Assembly: GCA_951406725.2 (NCBI GenBank)
Contig: OX597816.1
Location: forward strand, 22,134,001-22,198,000
Direction of reading: 5' to 3'
DNA: 64,000 bases
DNA from: Octopus vulgaris
Lineage: Eukaryota
Positions 1-12,504 of the stretch are shown here, piece by piece (the stretch's first letter is position 1; the number at the start of each line of letters is the position of its first letter). The notes beneath the pieces are model-generated. The model saw only the letters and a program-made list of their open reading frames with translations, was not told where the DNA came from and did not search any database. The translations under genes were made by a program, and so were the position numbers.

Positions 1-76
1 TCCACTCACAATGCCATGCAGTGGACTGAACCCGGGAATCTGTGGTTGGGAAGCAAACTTCTAGCCACACATCCAC
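1..76 (-). mobile_element. tRNA-derived SINE family A, partial head
   Basis: Matches the head of the copies at 19053-19465 and 24178-24568 (gcagtgg(g)actgaacccgg...tgtggttgg...cttctagccacac). Confidence 0.75.
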
Positions 77-1811
77 TATATACACACATATATATATATC
101 TATATGTGTGTGGGTGTTTGTGTGCGCGAGAGTGTGTGTACGTGTGTGTTACATATCACAACTGACAATACTACATGGAATATGCACATCTACCTCCTTG
201 TAATACATGAGGGTATTTTAAGTAAAACATTTCAGTATATGAAACAGCTGTTATATTTTGAAATTTTATACCGATGACTCTATACTATAGTGACAATAAA
301 CACATATCGTTGACTATAAAAGTATTTGTCCTTTTTATTTCATGCTATTAATATGATATTTGAAACGTAGGTTTAATTTTTATCTATCTAATATTTATAG
401 TCATTTCAGTATTAAAATATCAGCCATTTTATATTAACGCGTCTGTCTATTTATAAAGCTTCATTAAATTTTAAGTACGCTGAACTTCATTTTTGCACAA
501 ATGATGACGCTCAACCACGTCCGATTCAACTGATCTTTTAGCATCATATACAAAAGTTATTTGATGATTGTTCGGAGGTATTCTTTATATTTGTTCCTTG
601 GTGTATACCATACTTACTATAAAATCTGTTACACTATCTTTATATTACTTTTTAACGTTGTTCTGTATAATTTCATTCCAATCCGAAATATCTTGAAGTC
701 TTTCATTATGTAGCCATTATTCTATTGTATTCATTTTCACACAATTTCTTTTAGATTAATATATTCTGCTTTATATACCGTGTATTGAATTTTACAATTC
801 CATTCTATTAACATTTACCTCTTTGCCCTCGATAATAAAATGGAGTTTACACACATAACTATTATGTATTTGACACAACCTTTCAAGTGACAATGTTACC
901 TTAATAGATATACGATTTAATTCTGCCATTTTGATTTCAAAACTAACTATATTGGTTCCTTGCACGCTAATTTTGAGAAAGAATTCTATCGATCATGAAG
1001 AATTCTGCATTGTCAGATGTTTGCGCATGCATATTTGTGTATAGGTACGTTTGTAAATATTTAATTTTTAAAGACTATTGTTATTCGTATATTAGATACG
1101 TTACTACGCTAGAGGGTTATCATTTAATACATTTTAATAGATCTTAATATGTTTAAATATTTTTCTTCGCCTGAATTACAAACTGTAGATACTTGTGTTT
1201 CACCGCACTCACATTATATATAGGCGTGTATGTGTGTGTGTGTGTGTGTGTGGATAGGATGTAGTGTGTGTATGTATTCATAATTTGTTAAATGTTTTCT
1301 CGAAACCAATAAGCTTATTCCTTTCTGTACAAAGTTTACCTATACATGGCTTTTGTATTTTCATATATTTTCATATTGCCTCTAGAGGAAGAAACATTTT
1401 ATTTGAATATTAATGCCAGCAGCCAAAACAAATTCTTTAATTTAATATTGCTATTGTTTTGCCTACGTGGCAACAGGTATTGCATACACATTCTTTTTAT
1501 TGATTTAAATCAAACTTGTATAAGGCAGGGATGTATATTATCTGAGCATTTTGTTTTATTTATAATTCTTTGATAGTATACAGAATTTGCGTACAAATAT
1601 TAAAAGTCACTGTTGTACCAAATATATTATTTTGTTTCCTTAATGAGCTAAATATCTCCATCAAATACCAGCTCTTTCGATTTAAAATACTGTATTTTTG
1701 AAGAGTCGTAACTCAAATTAATACTTGCTAAAATGGCTAAATTTTCGCTTAGTAATAGAACAGATTTTTTTCCGATTTATCGATGGCAATCCTTATTAGC
1801 GAATGATAGGA

Positions 1812-1998
1812 GCGACTTTAACGTATCAGCTATAGTCGTAGCAGTAGTTTATGCCGTGAAATTACCTGATTTTCGTTAAGATTATGGATAGGGTGTAGGG
1901 TAAGTATTAAGTTTTAGATTTAGTGGTTAGGGTTAGGGTTACAGTTAGGGGTAGAGTCAGCCTGCACACAAAAGTGTAAATGACCACGTTAAAGTGGC
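1812..1998. mobile_element. Degenerate MITE-like element containing TTAGGG repeats
   Basis: Short inverted repeat gcgactttaacgt / acgttaaagtggc brackets ggttagggttagggtta. Confidence 0.4.
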
Positions 1999-2608
1999 AA
2001 CGAGTAGTAAATTAAATTAGGAGATGAACTGAATAGTTCAGAAGACATAAGATAAATTCATATAATATTATGTACACTGAGATTTCCCCATTTATAAATC
2101 AAATTAAACTTTGATATATTAAGAGGTACAAGGATCCCTTTTTATTTTTGTATATAGCATTATTGTAATATGAAGAAATCATTAAAAAAATAAAATAAGA
2201 TGTTCATATAATAAACCCGACTGTCAGTGTATGTATGCAACCTCTGATTTATTCTGTTTTCATGCTATTTTTGTAGTTATTTTATTATTCCTCCAAACAT
2301 ATTCTATTTACAAACTCACTTTAGCGATCCTTTACCCATAAGATAACAATATCCATTATAACTATTGAACCGACCTCTGATTTCAATCCTCTGCTTAAAG
2401 AGGACTAAAATATGTTCGTTTCTCACAATTGACCTAAACCTGAATTCACAAAAATTCAAATGGACAGTTACCATTTATGAATTGGATATTTAATGTTGTA
2501 GCACTGAAAGAGTTCTTTAGTGGGTTAATATATTTTTGTTTAGATAAATGATTAAAACGAGTGTAGCGATAGAAAAGTGCAGGGTTGTTACTTCATTTTA
2601 TCTCTTAT

Positions 2609-3220
<612 letters not shown>

Positions 3221-3433
3221 TCCTACAATCCTATTATCTCTGTTAACCGAAACTTCCAGATTCCTCTGTTTAACATTTACATTCTCTGTCAATGATATTC
3301 TTCATAATATACATCAAACGTGACCTCGGAATATATTGATGCTTGATGGATTGTAAAAGACGGAATATTATGTGTTTTGTGGACAGTAAAACCTATTCAC
3401 TAAGGCCGTACAGCATTGTCGTAAACGCTCAAA

Positions 3434-3523
3434 TTCACTTCTGATGAAAATCTCCTGACTTCAAAAATATTCATTCGCACGTCTAAACTATAAATAGAGC
3501 CGAAGCTACAAAGCTCATGTGAA
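3434..3523 (+). ncRNA. Degenerate type I hammerhead ribozyme (PLE terminal-repeat relic)
   Basis: ttcactt-CTGATGA...agagcc-GAAG-ct-acaa-ag-ctc-atgtgaa. Stem I is ttcac/gtgaa, and one core A is missing. Confidence 0.5.
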
Positions 3524-3874
3524 TAACGATTTTTGCATAGTCACAGGGTCTTAGATCTTATAGCTAAGGTGAAATTGGAAATTATAACGTTTATATCTAT
3601 CCGAAGAGAATTATTGACGTAAATGAAAAGTGTCTACCACTGGGAATTAAATTTAGATCACGAACGTTATTCATGAAAAAAGTCCTCTATTACACCGAAT
3701 AATCGTATTAATATTAAATAGATTTTTCTCTGCCTAGTGGTAGTTACAAGGCAAGATTCTAGTGGGATCTTCTTATTAAGTTGATATCATAGTTGCAGTA
3801 TATTACTCATACTATATATAATCAATGACATTCATTAACATTTCTTACGTTTCTCATAAACCTAGTATATAATA

Positions 3875-3927
3875 CAGTAGAACCTCGGTTTTCGAACAAC
3901 TCTGATCACGAATAAATCGTACTTCAT
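3875..3927 (+). mobile_element. Solo copy of a pogo/Tigger-like MITE terminal inverted repeat
   Basis: TA|cagtagaacctcggttttcgaac...gatcacgaataaatcgt, homologous to the copies at 3956, 12762 and 14493. Confidence 0.65.
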
Positions 3928-4022
3928 CTCTTGTTTTTCTCATATTCATTTAATACAGTAGTACCTCGGTTTACGAACGCTTCTGATCACGAAAAAATCG
4001 TGCCTTATTTATATATATATAT

Positions 4023-4784
4023 AAACAATCCCGCTACAAAGCCAAATACGAAGCTATCGATGATCAAATCAGAGATGAAATATCCAAACTAACGACCGGC
4101 AATATAGCAGAAAAAATGCGAGTACTATGGATCAGAGATATCTCAAAAGAAGAAAGCAGATCAAGAAAGTTTTGGCAGCGGAAACAATTATTTCTCGACA
4201 AATATGCTACAAATTACGGTAAAGACACCAGAACTCCGAGAAATAGCATTAAAAGTGGACAACCTCACCAACGCAACATACACCAGAACACGTGGCAACA
4301 TGAACACCCGTTTCACCACGAATCGAAGACGAACTACGGTAAGAACTCTTCCCATTTTGTATGCAAACACCCTAATGCACACAACATGAACAAAAAGCAC
4401 AAACAAAATAGATATTGTTTTGAACAGACCATTAGCAGTAGAAATAACAGGAGATCATTTTCAAGACCTCAACAGAGATTACCCACAAGAAACTGGACAA
4501 AAAACCGATCTAGATCTAGAAGTAAACCCAGATCATTTCTCCAGGTGGTTAAAAACAATGCTAACAAGAAATTGAAAAGTAGCATACATAATACCAAAAA
4601 CAAGACAGAAAACATAACGAAACCAAGTAAAGTACCACAACCAAAACGCAAAATTCATCAAGCAAACATCAACAGGAATATAAATCATAACCAGAAAAAA
4701 ATCCATTTTTTTACGTCAGGACAACAAACACCGGAGAAAGAAAAAATCCAAGAGGAAACATACCCCAAACAACTGAACGTATAG
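4023..4784 (+). CDS. Upstream basic (K/R/N/S-rich) ORF of the Neptune-like PLE, 5'-truncated
   Basis: Open frame from 4023 (ATG at 4116) to TAG at 4784. Contains RSRSRSKPRS and overlaps the RT frame. Confidence 0.7.
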   Translation, partial: KQSRYKAKYEAIDDQIRDEISKLTTGNIAEKMRVLWIRDISKEESRSRKFWQRKQLFLDKYATNYGKDTRTPRNSIKSGQPHQRNIHQNTWQHEHPFHHESKTNYGKNSSHFVCKHPNAHNMNKKHKQNRYCFEQTISSRNNRRSFSRPQQRLPTRNWTKNRSRSRSKPRSFLQVVKNNANKKLKSSIHNTKNKTENITKPSKVPQPKRKIHQANINRNINHNQKKIHFFTSGQQTPEKEKIQEETYPKQLNV

Positions 4785-7019
4785 ATCCTAAAATAATTAA
4801 TTTATCAAAAAGAGATCTTGACAATGATGAAATCCAACTTCTGTCAAAAGGACTGAAATTCACACCTACACCAACAGCCAACCACCAAAAATTAAAGGAG
4901 GATATCCAAAAATTCTGTCGAAAATTACGACTTGTAGAATTCTTTGCTAACAAAAGTAATGAGATTGATGAATCCCTAGTAAGGAATAAATCAAATTTCA
5001 CCCCACCAAAAGGAAGAAATAACTACCTTGACCAATACATTGATATCCTGTCTAAATTTCCCCTTAGACGCAATACCAATGTTAGGCCAAACATTAGCAA
5101 ATCAGAGATGTCTGCATGTAAACGTATACAAAACGATCAAACAATAATAATTAAACAAGCAGATAAAGGTGGTGCAATTGTTATTATGGATACCGAATAC
5201 TATAAGGAGTTGGTTGAAGACCAACTGAAGGATACAACCTTCTATTGTGAAATACCCGCAAATATAGACCACCACATCATGAAAAAGATCAACAACCTGA
5301 TTTCAACACACCACAACTCACTTACGGATAATGAAAAAGACTACATCACCAATTTTGAACCAAAACCCAGCAACTTCTACGGCTTACCAAAAATACACAA
5401 ATCAAAAAACATTCAACAGGCAGTAAAAGAACAAGAAAGTGAGTACATAAAATTATTACATCCAAAAGACCTAAAACTTAGACCTATTATAGCTGGTCCA
5501 GCATGCCCTACACACCGTCTAAGCAATTTTATTGACATTGTTTTGAAACCACCATGTACTTACATACCAAGTTTCATCAGGGATGACATCGACTTCCTGT
5601 CCCATCTTCCCAAAACAACAGAAACAAATTCAGTTTTACTAAGTTTTGATGTGGTAAGCCTCTACACCAATATTCCACACGATTTAGGAATAAAGGCGAT
5701 TAAATACTGGTTAGAAAAACATAGAGAAGTGATTCCCAGCAGATTCACAGTGCCATTTATATTAGACACAGTCAAACTTATTCTAGAAAATAACACATTC
5801 TTCTTCAATGGAAAGAATTACATCCAAATTACAGGCACGGCGATGGGAACGAGGTTTGCTCCCGTTTACGCCAACTCTGTAATGGGATACTTAGAAGAAC
5901 AACTCTACCAAGAGGTGGAGGTAAACTATGGCACTGGATTTAGAAAGTATATTGAAAAGGCATGGAAGAGATACCTAGACGACTGTTTCATAATCTGGAC
6001 AGAATCTCTAAATACTCTGGAAGAGTTCAATATCCTCCTGAACAACCTACACCCATCTCTCAAATTTACAAAGGAGATGAGTAGTACCAAATTACCATTC
6101 CTGGATATAATGGTAATTAAAAAAGACACCACCATCACCACAGATATATACTATAAACACACAGACACACATCAATACCTAAATTTTAAGTCGTGCCATC
6201 CACCACATACAAAACGTAACATCCCATACTGCCTAGCCAGAAGAATTTGTACTATTGTAGAAGATGCAAATATCAGGAACAAACGCCTAATAGAACTAAG
6301 AGAATTTTTGCTCAAACAAAAAATACCCATCTCTACTTATAGAAAATGGCATACAGCGGGCTATAAAAATACCTATACAACAACTTAGGACAACCCAAGG
6401 AAGAGGAAAACAAGAACAAGTCATACCATTCATAGTGACACACAACCCATGTCACCAGAATATCTTCAACATTGCCAAAGCAAACCTACCAATCATTGCC
6501 CAAAGTAATGAATTAAAAGACATAATCAAGGATCGAGCTATGGTGCTTAGTAAAAGACAGCCTAAAAACTTGAAAACATTACTAACAAAGGCAAAATTTG
6601 ACCTCAGCAACAAAGACCAAACATTCACGGTATCTAAATGCAATGATAGCCGATGTGGCACATGCCAATTCATACATACCGGTCAATATATAAACACAAA
6701 AACCGGGAAAACATTCACAAACGCGAATATGAACTGCAAAAGCAGAAATTTAATTTACTGCATCAAATGCCCAAATTGTGAAGAAATATATGTAGGTCAG
6801 ACGGGAAACGCACTATTAGAACGCTCACGTGTACACCGGCAACAGATTAGAGACCCAGAGGTCCGTCAGATACCTTTGAGTAACCACCTAGCAACATGTG
6901 GTCGGAAAATATATATAATATTTCCATTCTACAAATTACACAGCCCAAGTGAAATCGAGAGGAAAATCAGAGAAAAGAATTTTATTGATAAATTCGAACC
7001 CAAGCTAAATAAGCAATAA
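4691..7019 (+). pseudogene. PLE reverse transcriptase + GIY-YIG endonuclease, one frameshift in the A-run near 6318-6323
   Basis: The frame is open from 4691 (IINLS..LSKGLKFTPTP) through ORF 5108-6388. Removing one A gives LKQKYPSLLIENGIQRA..IPFIVTHNP, which joins ORF 6435-7019. Confidence 0.9.
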
Positions 7020-7513
7020 TAATAATACTTAGAGGTATTACTTCCACTGCTACGACCATGACCACTAACAACAACAACAATACTAAAGGTGATCAAGACG
7101 AAGATAGCAGGAAAATTATCTTATTTAGGGTTAAAAGTTCTATTGCCACCACCATCACCACTAGCAACAATAATTAAGGTGCTGACAATGATGATGATGA
7201 CAATTGAAATATAAAAATATAAAAATCTCTGACAAAGGATATTTACAACATTTCTAAAAATAACCCAACAATTGCTGCTTCGGCCAGGGTCAAGATACAG
7301 GACTCTTGACCTGTCCAACAAAGCGTGATGCCTAAACCAATCAGCTCAACCAACCAATCAGCTTAAGTAATTGAGTGATACTACACACTGATTGGTCAGA
7401 ATACAGTTTGCAAAACCTAGCACTCTGGAGCCTACCCAGCTGTATTTATAGCACAGAATCACTCATCTTGCTACAGTCAAAAATTGTGAAGCATGACTGT
7501 CAACACTACTACA

Positions 7514-7558
7514 TGAACCCGAAGATTGCAGAATTCAATGCATGAAAGTACTAGTTCA
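7514..7558 (+). ncRNA. Minimal type I hammerhead ribozyme in the PLE 3' terminal repeat (core CCGAAGA)
   Basis: tgaac-CCGAAGA-t-tgca-gaattcaa-tgca-t-GAAA-gtac-TA-gttca, with palindromic stem III. Confidence 0.8.
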
Positions 7559-7687
7559 ATCAGAATGAATATTTAACATTCTACTATTTCATTTTATTTT
7601 ATTCAATTATAATATATTACCTTAAAATATATCATTATAAGATTGTAAATAAAACGTGAAAATCAGACAAGGTTGGAATTCTTTTTA

Positions 7688-7745
<58 letters not shown>

Positions 7746-7821
7746 TTAAATTTAAAGTAATATGGGGGAAAATTGAATATCAATTTGATTCATATCAATT
7801 TAAAACCAGTGGTTTAGCATG

Positions 7822-7858
<37 letters not shown>

Positions 7859-8000
7859 CAATAAAGATTCAAGTTAATTTAAATGAATTTACTTGAATAT
7901 GGTACCTAACTTAGATGCACCAAAACAAACTATACGGTTTTAACAATACAGTAATGTGGGGTGATTATAAGCGAGAAAGAAGCAACAAGAATGGATAGGT

Positions 8001-8091
8001 TTTTAGTACAATCGTTTCATACAAGGACAGGCTTTATTAAAAGTTGCAAAAATTGCAGCATATAAACGTGTCCCGTACTCATCAGCTAAAA
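8001..8091 (-). ncRNA. Hammerhead ribozyme, inverted 5' copy
   Basis: Exact reverse complement of 12323-12413. Confidence 0.8.
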
Positions 8092-8145
8092 TACATTTTG
8101 GAAGAATTTTTAAAAGTAGAAAAAGCTAAAAAAATTTGGAAGAAT

Positions 8146-10831
8146 TTTTAAAAGTAGAAAAAGTCCACCTCAGAACCCATTCCTGGAGAACTTTGAGAAA
8201 GACTTGCTGAATCTTATAGATGATATTAGCTTCAAGGAACACCCGTTGAGATACAACCCTCACCTTAGACACCTTAGGAACTTTATTCAGTCAACCAGGT
8301 GCAAACATGGAATCCTAGTACCAGCAGATAAAACGGGTAATATGTATAGAGTTGATTACGATCTTTATAGCAAATTAATTAGGAAGGAACTAAATTCCAA
8401 ATATAAAATTACGACTAAGAACAATTTGAAAAAAGTAAACCTGGAAATGAAAGAGATCATGGAGAAACTAAATTTAACGGATAGAACAGAGCCGCTTAAA
8501 CCGTGTGAGCCCAGGATCAACCTTAAAGACCACAAAAAGAATTTCTTGGAAAACCCTTCGGTAAGGCTGATCTGTCCAACTAAGTCGGACATTGGCCGAC
8601 TTAGTAAATCTATCCTGGATACTGTTCTACCCCAAATAACCCCTCTTCTCCCCTTAAACCTATGGCTAAGTACGGACGAAGTTCTAAAATGGTTTAACTC
8701 TCTAACTAATACTAGTAGTCTGTCCTTTATTCAGTTCGATATTAATAGTTATTACTCTAGTATTTCCCCTATCTTACTCAACAAATCACTAATATTTGCC
8801 ATGAATCGCTCCCTCATATCTAGAGAAGAAATCAATATTGTGCTACTAGCTAGGAAGACATTTATAGAATTTGAAGATAAATTATGGACTAGAGCGGATA
8901 CACCTAATTATTTTGATATACCAATGGGTTCCAGTGATTCGGCTGAGGTAACCAACCTAGTAGGCGCATATCTATTAAAATGCATAAGCAAGGATATCCC
9001 AGAAATACAGGGGGGTCTATATAGGGATGATGCTCTGTTTGTTATCCCTAGTAATAATAAATCTGTTATAGAAAGGATTAGAAAGAAAATTAATAAGTTC
9101 TTTAAGGATTTCAACCTCAGTATAACGTATGAACCGGGCACTAAAATAGTTAACTTCCTAGATATTACGCTAGACCTTAACTCCAAGCTGCATTACCCAT
9201 TTAGAAAGGAAGGCGAAATCACGAATTACGTAAATAAATTATCAAATCATCCCCTAAATATAATTGAATCTTTAGTAAGAAATATTTCATTAAGAATTTC
9301 AAAATTATCATCCAATAAGGATATATTTAACTCCCATTCTGAGCATTATAATGCGGCGTTAACTAAGGCTGGATACAACCAAAAGATTACATTCGTTGAT
9401 AAGGAGAACTCACGTATTCCTAATAAGGAAGTTATCAGTAATCACGTAAGCAGCAATACAGACCAAGCCCGAAATAAAAGTAGAATTAAATTAACGGTAA
9501 ACGCTAATCTAACGTACAGGCCCAACAATTCAAATAGAAGCATTGACCAGAACATAGGTAACTCGGATAATATCGAAGTAGATAAACCAAAGATGCACAC
9601 AAATAAAAATAAAAATAATGGTAATAAATACAATAGCTCCGGTGAGATGAATAGTAATAATTCTACGAACCCTAAATTTAATAAAAAAGATATAATATGG
9701 CTGAATATTCCTTTCAACTGTGCGATACAATCGGATATACAGAACAAATTCAAAGTAATTCTGGAAAAAAATTTCCCAATCTCTCATATATATCATAGAA
9801 TTATATCTAGGAAAACAGTTAGGATTTCTTATTCAACCCTCCCAAATATGTCCACTTTAATAGCTAAGATTAATAATAACAACATTAAACTAGCCAGGAA
9901 AAATAGAAATAAAAATAATAATATCAGCATGAATACCAATAGCAATTATAATAATACTACCAACAATAAAAACAGCAATAGTAACTATCAAAACATGGGT
10001 GAAATTAGTTACCACAGAATGACTAATAACATTAACATTAATAGTAATAATAACAATACCGATATTAATAGAAGTAATAATGTTAATAATAGAAATAATA
10101 GAAATAAGGCTAATGGAGAAAATAAGGAGAATGAAAATATAAGTGATATCTATAACAACAATATGCAGTCGGATAAAAAGACTAACAATAATAGTAACAT
10201 TACCAATAATATAAGAAATCATGGTAGGACTTTAAACCTAAAAGATGAAACAGAAGGATCAATAAATAATAGCAATACTTTAGATATCAGCACCAACTAT
10301 AGAAATATTAATAACAATAAGGACAATTATACTCATGATAATCAAAATAATAGGAACCTAAGACATCTACCCAAGAATAATCCAAAACCTGAAGTTGTTC
10401 CTCCTGTGTGTAAGTGTAGAATAAAATCAAAATGCCCGGCACCTGGTCTATGCGGGGAAAATAATGTAATCTATAAATGTACCATATCCACGGAGAATAA
10501 CAAATATCTTTACATTGAATGTACAATTAATTTTCTAGCCAGAGTTAGAAATCACATCTCGTCTTTTAAATTAAGTCATAAAGCTGGTACCACCACACTT
10601 TCAAACAAAATCTGGGAACTCAAAAATAATAATAATAATTATAACCTTAATTGGGAAATAGTTAGGAGAGCAATTCCGTATAAAAATAGCAGGGTTGGTT
10701 GCCAACTATGCTCCATGGAGACGTATGAAATTCTAAAGCATAGAAAACATAGAAACTTATTGAATAACCATATCGAACTAGGTCAAGTTTGTGTCCACGC
10801 TAAATTGAAGACTTTAAAATATTTTAAATGA
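8146..10831 (+). CDS. PLE RT + Asn-rich linker + GIY-YIG endonuclease (5'-truncated, uninterrupted)
   Basis: The frame extends upstream of the TTG at 8204 (FKSRKSPPQNPFLENFEKDL) and has no internal stop. The YIG motif reads YIE. Confidence 0.88.
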
Positions 10832-12322
10832 TTAGAATATTCGTAACTAGATAGATAGATAGATATAACTTGATTTTTGCTAGTATAGCACTGCTTTAAG
10901 TAGATAACTAAGAGTTCTCACACTACAGTTATCTTTTTCCTTATATCTGCATCAGTTTTTTGAGAGCAGGGAAATGAATAGTACTTATACGCTGCTTAAT
11001 TGAGGCTTTATTTAATTTCAAACTCATAATTTTAAATTTTTAAATCTTAATTTTAAATCTTAATTTTAATTTTTAATTTTAATTCTTAACTTAATCTAAT
11101 TTAAGTAGCATAACTTTAATAAAATAAAATGAGTTACTAAAGCCCCATAATTCTATTTCAAAATTAAATAAATAAGGCTACTCCCTCGGTGATAATATGA
11201 TTATCTTCATTATGATAGACAATTCCCTAACACCTTGTAAATGATCTTCTAAGATTTGACCTGTAGTCCGTCAATGTATGAATAATAACGGCAACTCCTT
11301 AAGACAGTAAAATGAATAAATTAAATAAATAAATTTTAATGACTTTTTGATAAGATTATACTTAGATTTTCCTAATGTATTTTCTTTTGATTTTAGCCTT
11401 TGACCCCTAAACCCCTAAACCCCTGACCGTGTTATCTCTTTAGATTCTCTTTAGATTCATAGCTGCTTTCGACAGCAATAAATTAGCTGTTTTACTGGTC
11501 AAAGAATAATATTCTCCTCTAGTTCCTAGATACCTGTTAAATTAAAACCAGACTTGCCGTCTACTAATTCTTCTGTATAACTAGAACCCTCTTTTTTTGT
11601 TTTTCTCTTTTTTTCCCTTCTTTCCCTATTTCTTTCTCTTTTCTCTTTTTTCTTTTTCTTCTTCTTATTCTCTTTTTCTTTTTTTCTTTTTCCTTTTCTC
11701 TTCTCTTCTAGCCCCTCCCTCCCTTTTGCTCCCTCCCCCTTTATTTTCTCTCTTTCCTTCTCTTTCCTTCCCTTTTCTGTTCTTTGACTCTCTAGAAAGC
11801 CCTTCAGCCTTTAAAAGTTAAATAGCTACAGTCTCTTGAAAATAGCAGTAATGTGATTAATGTGGCAAATACCTAATCATATAGCAAGAATTGATACCCA
11901 CCTCATTGTGTTCAACCATTGATAAATTTATCGCCTGTGAATATGAAATTCCTCTTCATTTCTCTGGAAATTTACATCTACACCATTGGAAATTGTGCAT
12001 CTATACAAAGGATTAATTCACCCTCTCGGTAATGCTAATAAGCAGGAATTGAAACCCACCTCGTTGTGATTAGCAATGGATAAATTTGTCGTCTGTGAGT
12101 ATGTAATCCCTCCTCATATCTCTGGAAATTCATATGTACACCATGGATTAAGTCACCTTCTCTGTGATGCTATTAAAACTTTTTTAAAATTCTGTGATAA
12201 GACTGTACATCATCTTTAAAAAACTTTAATGAACTTTGGAAATCTGTTTATGTTACTTAATTATCTACATTACTTCATGAGTATAGCCTCAACCACTAGG
12301 ATGTCTAGAGAACTCACATGTA

Positions 12323-12413
12323 TTTTAGCTGATGAGTACGGGACACGTTTATATGCTGCAATTTTTGCAACTTTTAATAAAGCCTGTCCTTGTATGAAAC
12401 GATTGTACTAAAA
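12323..12413 (+). ncRNA. Type I hammerhead ribozyme with extended stem II
   Basis: ttttag-CTGATGA-gtacgggaca...tgtccttgtat-GAAA-c-gatt-g-TA-ctaaaa. Canonical core with a GUA cleavage triplet. Confidence 0.85.
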
Positions 12414-12443
12414 ACCTATCCATTCTTGTTGCTTCTTTCTCGC

Positions 12444-12501
<58 letters not shown>

Positions 12502-12504
<3 letters not shown>

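Larger units (their letters stand above)
4023..7690 (+). mobile_element. Penelope-like retroelement, Neptune-like clade, 5'-truncated
   Basis: RT motifs ADKGG, FYGLPKIHK, RPII, DVVSLYTNIP, GTAMGTRFAP and RYLDD. Linker CxxxRCxxC, then GIY-YIG (LIY...YVGQT). 3' HHR-containing terminal repeat. Flanked by (TA)n. Confidence 0.93.
7855..12443 (+). mobile_element. Penelope-like retroelement, probably Naiad-like clade, 5'-truncated with inverted 5' terminal repeat
   Basis: 875-aa ORF with ADKT, LKDHKKNF..P.VRLICPTKSDIGRLSK, QFDI..YYSSI, PMGS, GLYRDD, CKCR...CP..G.C, VIY..YIE and CQLC. Inverted repeat 7971-8096 / 12318-12443. Flanked by (TA)n. Confidence 0.9.

Noticed and set aside
4188-10526. Minus-strand ORFs overlapping the two PLEs
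   Set aside because: They are antisense shadows of A-rich coding sequence with no recognisable motifs.
8146-10846. Selenoprotein recoding in the Naiad-like ORF
   Set aside because: Some Naiad elements use in-frame UGA, but this ORF has no internal TGA. The only TGA is terminal, and no SECIS could be identified by eye.
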